From an uncultured archaeon (GTDB taxonomy: Archaea > Asgardarchaeota > Heimdallarchaeia > Heimdallarchaeales > Heimdallarchaeaceae), in NCBI GenBank assembly GCA_964534625.1, contig CAZHRF010000023.1, positions 1 to 24,535 of the forward strand: 24,535 nucleotides of DNA, written 5' to 3'. Below are positions 18,001-24,535 of the stretch, piece by piece. Both the position numbers and the translations under genes were made by a program. Below the pieces are notes generated by a model that worked only from the letters and a program-made list of their open reading frames with translations, had not been told where the DNA came from and searched no databases. Each line of letters begins with the position of its first letter. Position 1 is the first letter of the stretch.

Positions 18001-21000
18001 CTTATTGGAGCAACTATTACTGATGTATCTTTCAATATTTCAAGTGAGTTATATGAGTATAATGTCTTTGAAGATTTAGGAACAGGATACTATACTATTT
18101 ATTTCATCTGTCATGATTACACTATAGATTACCTCGAAATTATTATTATCATTCAATTGGCTGGGTATGAACAAGCTCAATCAACTATTGTCTTGGAGTT
18201 TAGACTTATTCCTACAGATAGTTCTGTTGACTCTGATTCCAAAGTAACTACTTATCTTGACAATTCATCTTTCGATGCTTGGTTTGAGGATATCGTCAAG
18301 AATCAGAATGTTTCTGATGCGGAATTGGAATTTTCGGGTGATTTGCTTACCGTTGCTACATCCATAGTTGCAACTTATGCTGATGAAACTTATACTATTG
18401 ACATATTTAATGTAACTCAGATAGGAACATACGATTTGAGTATTACTTTTTACAAAGCAGGATATGTTAACCAAACCATAATCGTTACTCTTCAAATCAA
18501 CGAGAGAACAACTAATTTAACCCCTAGTGCAACTGAATCGACCTTTAATGCTACAGAAATCGAGCAATTCGATTTTGAATATACAGATGGTGGTGAAGAA
18601 ATATCGGGTGCCACTATTGACGTTGTATTTGCCATCCAAAACAGCAGCTTGATAATAGATAATTACTTCGAATCAATTGTCAAAAGTGAAACAACCCTAA
18701 CCGTTTATTTGGTAATATTTGATCCTTTAGAAATTAATGCTACAGGATATGAATTTTTCTTTGATATTACTATCAGTAAGTATGGATATCAAGATCAAAC
18801 AATAACTATCCATTTAATCATTATTCCTATGGCTACCGAAATAGATGCTTCATCAGACACGGAATTAACTGTTTACGCCGATGAAGAGGGTGTTTTCACT
18901 ATTTATTATCAAATTAATAATACTGATACAAACATTGGGGATGCCAATGTTAGTATTGAACAAATTACTGGTTCAATGGATGATATTGATGATTATTATT
19001 ATTCGGAAATAGATCAAATTTATTATGTCACCATTGATCCTAATGTCTATGATGCAATAGGTAACAGTTATCAATATAATATAACAATTACAAAAGCAGG
19101 ATATGAAACCCAGATTCTTACTATTCAAATACATGTAATTATTCACACTACGGAAACAGATCCTGAGAATAACATAGATGAACAACAAATTTATGCTGAT
19201 GAAGAAGGAACTTTTACTTTATACTATAATGATACCGATACCGGTGAAAAGGTTACTGATGCTACCGTTACCATTACGCCATTTAGCGATTATACTGGTG
19301 AAATAAGTACTACCGAATATTTTGAAGATACGGATTATTATACGATTACAGTTACTCCCACTGATTCAGCTGTCTCTAATACCTATTCCTTTAATATCAC
19401 ATTTTCCAAACCAGGATTCGAAAATATCACTATCACTATCACATTAGATGTTGTTTATCGTCCAACTGTTATAGGCGATGATACAATTACAGAAGTTACC
19501 ATTTATGCTGACGAAACAGGTGTGTTTACCATCAATTATACAGATTCCACAACAATGGAGGCTATAACTGGGGCCATTCTAGACATTACGCAAATTAATG
19601 GTTCTTCGTCCAACATTTCTTCGTGGGACGATTTCACTTTTGGAGATTTGTACAATATTACTATTGATCCTGTGGATGGTAATTCAGCTGGTTTTGTCTA
19701 CGAATTTAGCGTGAATATAAGCAAAACCATTTACGAGAGCCAACTAGTAACTATCTACTTAACCGTTGTTATTCATCCTACTCAAATAGGAGCTAGTACT
19801 GAAACTGAAAAATCCATATATGCTGATGAAACAGCTTCTTTCCAGATCTACTATGTAGATGGTGAGGAACCATATGAGCTTATTACGGATGCTTCAGTAG
19901 CAATTATTCAACTAAACGGGTCTGAAGCCGAGATTACTTTAACTTCTTCAACTGAACACGGGACGTACTATGAGATAATCATCAATCCTAATGATTTAGA
20001 AGCCATAGGGAATGTATACGAATTCAATGTGACATTTTCTAAAGATGGATTTGTTGAACAATATCAAGTGATTCTACTTATCGTCAATTATCGTCCTGTC
20101 GATCTAACAGCTGAAGAAGACCATATTGAGATTTATGCTGATGAAACAGGATCATTTACTATTTATTATAATGATGGTGATAATTCCACAATAATACCTT
20201 CAGCAATGATTAATATTGTCCAACTGAATGGATCAGCTGCTAATATAACTTCAGCAATAGACCAAGAATTGGGGTCGTATTATTTAATCACTATTGATCC
20301 CGTTGATGGTAACTCTGCTGGAGTCACGTATGAATTCAGTATTGAATTCTATAAAGATTATTATGAAAATACTACAATTTCCATCTTTTTGACAGTTGTT
20401 CTTCATCCTACTCAAATAGGAGCTAGTACTGAGACTGAAAAATCCATATATGCTGATGAAACAGCTTCTTTCCAGATCTACTATGTAGATGGTGAGGAAC
20501 CATATGAGCTTATTACGGATGCTTCAGTAGCAATTATTCAACTAAACGGGTCTGAAGCCGAGATTACTTTAACTTCTTCAACTGAACACGGGACGTACTA
20601 TGAGATAATCATCAATCCTAATGATTTAGAAGCCATAGGGAATGTATACGAATTCAATGTGACATTTTCTAAAGATGGATTTGTTGAACAATATCAAGTG
20701 ATTCTACTTATCGTCAATTATCGTCCTGTCGATCTAACAGCTGAAGAAGACCATATTGAGATTTATGCTGATGAAACAGGATCATTTACTATTTATTATA
20801 ATGATGGTGATAATTCCACAATAATACCTTCAGCAATGATTAATATTGTCCAACTGAATGGATCAGCTGCTAATATAACTTCAGCAATAGACCAAGAATT
20901 GGGGTCGTATTATTTAATCACTATTGATCCCGTTGATGGTAACTCTGCTGGAGTCACGTATGAATTCAGTATTGAATTCTATAAAGATTATTATGAAAAT

Positions 21001-23736
21001 ACTACAATTTCCATCTTTTTGACAGTTGTTCTTCATCCTACAGATGTTGACTATACTGATGAAGTATCTATCTCTGCAGATGAAACAGGAACCTTTGAGA
21101 TTAATTACATTGAAACGGTGGCTAATACTAGTATTACTTCAAGTGTCAAAATAAATGTAGTACTGTTTAATGATACTGCGGATCATATTGATTCAATTAG
21201 TAATGCTTCTCTCATTGGAGAGATCTACCAAATAACCATAGATCCTAACAATGAATTAGCTGTAGGGAATGTTTACCTATTCAATGTTACAGTTTATAAG
21301 GATGGTTTTGTTGAGCATAAATTTGTTATTACTTTGAAAGTTTGGGCTATTTCAACTGATATAGGAGAAAATTCTGTTACCACTATTACAATTTACGCTG
21401 ACGAAACAGCCGAGTTTATTGTTTATTATTTAGATATAGTTAGTTGGGAAAATATTTCAGGTGTCATTCCCGACATTGAACAACTTAATGGAACTGATTC
21501 GGATATTAATGGCATTAGTTGGTCAGAAACGTCTTCTGTTTATTATATAGTAATTGATCCAAATGATTATTCAGGAGGTTACACATATAATTTCTCTTTG
21601 ACTCTGTCAAAAGGCATTTATCAACCACAGACTATTTTCCTAACATTAATAGTAGAAATTCATCCAACAAAAATAGCTGAAGAAAGTGTCTTATCCTTAG
21701 AGATCTATTCAAACGAAAATGCGACATTTGATGTTCACTATATAGAAGAGAATCTTCAGACTACTATAGCTGGAGCTACAGTTACAATAACTTTACTTAA
21801 TGAAACAGAGGACCATTTCTTTTTAATTGAGTATGACGAAAGTGGTACTCATATTTATCAACCATACATTAGTCCTGTTCCTGAATTAGCTGCAGGAAAT
21901 ATGTATCGTTTTGAGCTTACTTTGAGTAAACCCGGATATGAGACTCAAAGCGTAACTTTGATTTTATATGTAAACTTTCATCCAACAACCATTGGGTCTC
22001 AAACAGTTACCGAACAGAATATTACAGCTATTGAAGCAGCTGTTTTCACTATTTACTATTTAAATGTTGCAGATAACCATATTCAATATTTCAATCTAAG
22101 CCTATTATTACTTGAAGGTGATATGTCATTGATTTTAAGTAATCAAACTTCATTTTTTGCTAATTATCTTACACTATCCTTTAGCTTAAATGAGAGTTTG
22201 GTGGCTGGAGAGACATTTAGATTTAACATAACGCTGTTTAAAGATGGTTATGTAAATCAGACACTTGGTCTTACCATCAATGTTGCCCCAAGAGTAAACT
22301 ATGACATACTTATTGACATACTTGGAGACCCAAGACAGTTGGAATACATCCAATTCGAACTGGTGATACCAGAAGTTTCATTACAAGTATTGGGGACACG
22401 TATTGATACAGATTATGGTTTATTCTCTATTGGATTGAATGGTCAACTTATTATCGCCTATATTTTTGTATATGCGAATGGTGAAACAGTAGAAAATCAA
22501 GAGATAATCAATATTAATTACGACGGAGTAGGTCGGTATAGACGATTGTCAAACAATATCTATATTCCAAGAAATGTAGTCGAGATCTTACCGACTTTTG
22601 ATTTACAATTAACTAATCCTTCTTTGTCACCTCTGTATAACTTGCAATTAGATACTCAAAGTGTTAGTACAAAATTACAAGCGAGTGTCATGTTTCCTGA
22701 TATAGGTAATCTACTTTTGTATTGGTACGTAGAATACACTATTCCTTTCATTGCTGTTCTTGCAGCACTTTTTGTATTGATTTTGATTCTTTTCTTCTTC
22801 TTTATTGTTATTAGACCTCGCAAACAATCTTATAAAAGAAAACAAGCTCAATATAGAAAGAAGGTAGTAGGTATTCTGCAAAGTGTCATGTCCATGAGGA
22901 AGCTCATTGTTGTTCATCAAGAAACAAGTTTACCTGTCTATGAACTAGATTTTGGAAGCGGAATAACTGTTCATTCTTCTCTTGTGACGGGGTTCCTTGA
23001 TGCTGTCTCCAGCATGGGAAGCGAAATTTCTGGTGGTCAAATCCGTACTGTTAAGAAACTTGATTATGGTGGTTTCGTAGTCATCAATTCTGAGAAACAA
23101 GATTATCGTACGTATCTCTTTACAACTTCTGATGTGGTTAAAGATATTGAAATAGGTTTATCTGAGTTTATTGCATGGTTTAGTAAAGAGTTTGAGTTAA
23201 AAGAAGACTGGAATGGTGTTACTGACAAGTTCTATCAGCGTGAAAAAGCGATTATTGATAAAATCTCTGAAAAAATGTTTATTTGGGCATTACATCCATT
23301 TAATTTTAATGAATCGAAGGCTAAAGATATAAGAAAATTAGGCAGTTTTAGTCAGCGTATGGTTAAATTCATTAGAAAGACACCAGATACAACTATTAGT
23401 TTAGTTCTCCAGTTCTTTGATGAAACCCCAGTTGATAGGACACTTGCTACTCTCTTCGCATTAATGGATTCGGGATATCTGATAAGAAAGAAATTTGTCA
23501 AAGAACATACGGTGAGTTCAACAAGCCAACGCCAAGAATCACAAGCTATCAGACAAGAAGAAGAGCAGACAGTAATAGATGAAGCTGATGAATTGGTTGA
23601 GGATTTTAGGCAATCTGAGGAAGAAGCTATGGATGATGAAGATAGAGAACTAATGGATGCTGTAGATAGTCTAGAACAAAGACTTTCAGGATTCCTTGAA
23701 AAACAGAAGAAGAAATTAGAAGAAAATGAAAAATAA
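15013..23736 (+). CDS. Giant (~2900 aa) single-pass cell-surface glycoprotein: Ig-like repeats, TM helix, cytoplasmic longin-like and winged-helix-like domains, acidic tail
   Basis: N-terminal basic + hydrophobic signal (start may be ATG 15034); acidic T/D/E/N/Y-rich ectodomain with many N-x-S/T sequons; ~105-aa beta-rich modules (IYADE.G.F.I.Y ... SK.G(Y/F)..Q); TM at 22747-22812 followed by RPRK; ~300-aa cytoplasmic part. Confidence 0.92.
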   Translation: MKRYAKLMSVNRRIKQIRHLWVLFYTILIIVNLSSPTAYSVYSASRAYAEDGNINNRRFNNRKTNTKNDQDSDYENEDHIAVKQEIRESEEPTPYTEISSIEGSSNNLTANDTLDLRHSFDLNLTDTGVKDEIENTYNIQDISNYVNSSLEYDIKSITSIADNYTIELEESDELHFLTLENSTSSSYLAIAQAFEVKWDYALFYGAHLFLAYDAGTHISLRQQELDLFLVNSTTEGKPNVDNILSNATNNPFNQDSSYDVGLNYFDFQNVKLTSGKYFIVANLSKPDDEANRHFTWYYNEGATTGAETYLIFRDFYPQWTSSQPYDMVMSTFLLPCDVNEDPISFTDLESINLKDNGISIGTTSDTILTMGDHILSSNTSVQITFNNSYVFKRTFEEENITSNYQVSSSSFWEYEVQWTINWTSDAIDITPYSNLDRAIRIFAPTDWSNTYTFYDDTTTISGTKDDEGYLFSLGDDNGAGIWKLETTSPNYLYSSIFLNESLDETDRYFLGYWTTDGDFAYGHNGSSIFTQVEIKNNGDSTPEAELSGALNFTIFDPDGQIIPQKTDLSSELVYVDNTTYSLGGIVNQSAGYYETDITFDPSAYGSDPAGKWTASVLWQNGTQVGFYSQTIVVQTQTTFTAEWEETPDSDTWTTSNIARKNGDTLRINATYYNISEPFFDGYGNEIPVADVSYSTSWTETGSFNDFQPIYNKTLTIDQPTGDYIIDMVATGAFLENHTASFGLSVFFEADINPLFTQQETNFSKSAIFKFEYRNLTDPENPAILPDDLIVRQNDSVIDPAYYTFEDRGDGTTVLTIDTSDSAASMGVGYYDIEVEASKANFRASYTQQNVIQLFELTITPIITDIVDLYVDSSVYTYYNASLNFNYYDTNNTANIFGDSYVVYTNVSEYVYVSVEVNSSGYFVEIQNNNTEIAAIEVYVNISKTGYVDIEAYSLGIIEVLDNPTELLADPTNQEYYYIGYNTSLTVIFNDTEHNDLLIGATITDVSFNISSELYEYNVFEDLGTGYYTIYFICHDYTIDYLEIIIIIQLAGYEQAQSTIVLEFRLIPTDSSVDSDSKVTTYLDNSSFDAWFEDIVKNQNVSDAELEFSGDLLTVATSIVATYADETYTIDIFNVTQIGTYDLSITFYKAGYVNQTIIVTLQINERTTNLTPSATESTFNATEIEQFDFEYTDGGEEISGATIDVVFAIQNSSLIIDNYFESIVKSETTLTVYLVIFDPLEINATGYEFFFDITISKYGYQDQTITIHLIIIPMATEIDASSDTELTVYADEEGVFTIYYQINNTDTNIGDANVSIEQITGSMDDIDDYYYSEIDQIYYVTIDPNVYDAIGNSYQYNITITKAGYETQILTIQIHVIIHTTETDPENNIDEQQIYADEEGTFTLYYNDTDTGEKVTDATVTITPFSDYTGEISTTEYFEDTDYYTITVTPTDSAVSNTYSFNITFSKPGFENITITITLDVVYRPTVIGDDTITEVTIYADETGVFTINYTDSTTMEAITGAILDITQINGSSSNISSWDDFTFGDLYNITIDPVDGNSAGFVYEFSVNISKTIYESQLVTIYLTVVIHPTQIGASTETEKSIYADETASFQIYYVDGEEPYELITDASVAIIQLNGSEAEITLTSSTEHGTYYEIIINPNDLEAIGNVYEFNVTFSKDGFVEQYQVILLIVNYRPVDLTAEEDHIEIYADETGSFTIYYNDGDNSTIIPSAMINIVQLNGSAANITSAIDQELGSYYLITIDPVDGNSAGVTYEFSIEFYKDYYENTTISIFLTVVLHPTQIGASTETEKSIYADETASFQIYYVDGEEPYELITDASVAIIQLNGSEAEITLTSSTEHGTYYEIIINPNDLEAIGNVYEFNVTFSKDGFVEQYQVILLIVNYRPVDLTAEEDHIEIYADETGSFTIYYNDGDNSTIIPSAMINIVQLNGSAANITSAIDQELGSYYLITIDPVDGNSAGVTYEFSIEFYKDYYENTTISIFLTVVLHPTDVDYTDEVSISADETGTFEINYIETVANTSITSSVKINVVLFNDTADHIDSISNASLIGEIYQITIDPNNELAVGNVYLFNVTVYKDGFVEHKFVITLKVWAISTDIGENSVTTITIYADETAEFIVYYLDIVSWENISGVIPDIEQLNGTDSDINGISWSETSSVYYIVIDPNDYSGGYTYNFSLTLSKGIYQPQTIFLTLIVEIHPTKIAEESVLSLEIYSNENATFDVHYIEENLQTTIAGATVTITLLNETEDHFFLIEYDESGTHIYQPYISPVPELAAGNMYRFELTLSKPGYETQSVTLILYVNFHPTTIGSQTVTEQNITAIEAAVFTIYYLNVADNHIQYFNLSLLLLEGDMSLILSNQTSFFANYLTLSFSLNESLVAGETFRFNITLFKDGYVNQTLGLTINVAPRVNYDILIDILGDPRQLEYIQFELVIPEVSLQVLGTRIDTDYGLFSIGLNGQLIIAYIFVYANGETVENQEIININYDGVGRYRRLSNNIYIPRNVVEILPTFDLQLTNPSLSPLYNLQLDTQSVSTKLQASVMFPDIGNLLLYWYVEYTIPFIAVLAALFVLILILFFFFIVIRPRKQSYKRKQAQYRKKVVGILQSVMSMRKLIVVHQETSLPVYELDFGSGITVHSSLVTGFLDAVSSMGSEISGGQIRTVKKLDYGGFVVINSEKQDYRTYLFTTSDVVKDIEIGLSEFIAWFSKEFELKEDWNGVTDKFYQREKAIIDKISEKMFIWALHPFNFNESKAKDIRKLGSFSQRMVKFIRKTPDTTISLVLQFFDETPVDRTLATLFALMDSGYLIRKKFVKEHTVSSTSQRQESQAIRQEEEQTVIDEADELVEDFRQSEEEAMDDEDRELMDAVDSLEQRLSGFLEKQKKKLEENEK
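19772..21041 (+). repeat. Intragenic in-frame tandem duplication, 630-bp period (210 aa, two modules)
   Basis: 19772-20411 matches 20402-21041 line by line, with one difference seen (19803 A vs 20433 G, synonymous GAA/GAG). Confidence 0.97.
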
Positions 23737-23772
23737 CAAATAAGAAATAATCACGAGGTCAAAGATAGAGCT

Positions 23773-23795
23773 AGGAGTTCCCAATTCTCCTTTTT
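23773..23795 (+). terminator. Short hairpin + T-tract, putative terminator of the giant gene
   Basis: AGGAG-N9-CTCCT followed by TTTT, beginning 37 nt after the stop. Confidence 0.4.
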
Positions 23796-23849
23796 CTGGA
23801 ATGTGTACAGATACGTAGATATAAAAAAACATGAGGGGGATAATTTATT

Positions 23850-24290
23850 ATGTTGAAAAAAGGCGACAAAGTGAGTGATTTCTCTGGATTGCTGGATAGT
23901 GGAAAAGAGTTTCGATTACAAGATTACAAAGACCAAGATCTAATTCTTTATTTTTTTCCCAGTACTTTTACCCCCGGATGTACTAAGGAAGCATGCTCCT
24001 TTAGAGATAATTATTCTTTATTCAAAGAAAATGATTTGATCTTAATTGGCATATCTGTAAATAATATTGATAGTCAAGCGAAATTCAAGGATAAATACAA
24101 TTTACCTTTTCAATTACTGGCAGATACAGATAAAAAAATAACTAAGATGTTTGGAGTAAAGAGCATTTTAGGGTGGTCTAAACGTAAAACCTTCTGGATT
24201 AAAAATAATTACATATTACAGGTCTGGGATAATGTTGATCCTTCGGATCATTCAGAAGAAATAATTGAATATATAAAAGGAAAACGATAA
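23850..24290 (+). CDS. bcp: Peroxiredoxin BCP/PrxQ (thioredoxin-dependent thiol peroxidase)
   Basis: LILYFFPSTFTPGCTKEACSFRD (PxxxTxxC with CxxxxC), IGISVN, F..KY.LPF.LLAD, conserved R (SKRKTF); GAGGGG upstream. Confidence 0.95.
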   Translation: MLKKGDKVSDFSGLLDSGKEFRLQDYKDQDLILYFFPSTFTPGCTKEACSFRDNYSLFKENDLILIGISVNNIDSQAKFKDKYNLPFQLLADTDKKITKMFGVKSILGWSKRKTFWIKNNYILQVWDNVDPSDHSEEIIEYIKGKR

Positions 24291-24456
24291 ACCGCAATTT
24301 TGTCGTAAACAACAATTAATAGCAAAGCAAAGTTGTTCTTTTAGTTCATTTGATGAAAGTAAAAAAGTCTGAATTGCTTTCTAATATTTATTAGGCTTCT
24401 TCCACTATTATTCGCTTCTTGAAATCAACTGCAACCGATAAAAAAAAGAGAACGGA

Positions 24457-24501
24457 AAAGAAAAAGATAAAGAAAAAGATAAAGAAAAAGATAAAGAAAA
24501 A
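24457..24501. repeat. Intergenic tandem repeat (AAAGAAAAAGAT) x 3.75
   Basis: Read directly: units at 24457, 24469, 24481 and a partial unit at 24493. Confidence 0.9.
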
Positions 24502-24535
24502 TAACCTATTATATTACCATATAATTTTGTATTTG

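Noticed and set aside
19772-21041. Diversity-generating retroelement TR/VR pair or CRISPR-like array
   Set aside because: Adjacent in-frame copies with a single difference, no reverse transcriptase in the window and no repeat-spacer structure.
18520-22300. True cadherin repeats
   Set aside because: Canonical LDRE, DxD and DxNDN motifs are not seen; only a generic Ig-like call is supportable.
15246-22920. Small alternative-frame and antisense ORFs inside the giant gene
   Set aside because: Short, motif-less and expected by chance.

Overview
AT-rich (about 30% GC by eye) chromosomal window, most likely from an Asgard archaeon (Heimdallarchaeia/Lokiarchaeia-like). That assignment is an inference from a TPR-plus-longin-like protein, a giant single-pass Ig-like-repeat protein with a cytoplasmic longin-like domain, a DUF3782-like remnant and oligo-T gene ends. 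Gene order: decayed DUF3782-like gene; DegV; two divergent hypothetical genes; TPR/longin-like gene; a divergent Zn/Mn ABC uptake locus (binding protein <- -> DtxR-family regulator, permease, ATPase); AEC-family transporter; 2-oxoacid:ferredoxin oxidoreductase alpha/beta; a 2907-aa surface protein; BCP peroxiredoxin. Most notable: (1) the receptor-like architecture of the giant protein (at least 12 ~105-aa modules, a nearly perfect 630-bp tandem duplication, a TM helix, then longin-like and winged-helix-like domains and an acidic tail with an ESCRT MIM1-like motif), with a second longin-like domain on the soluble TPR protein; (2) three copies of a TTACGA-N4-TCGTAA palindrome in the metal-uptake divergon, whose regulator has atypical metal ligands and whose permease has a CxxC-x8-CxxC tail. 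No rRNA, tRNA, CRISPR array or intact mobile element was recognised. All family calls come from reading motifs by eye; no searches were run.
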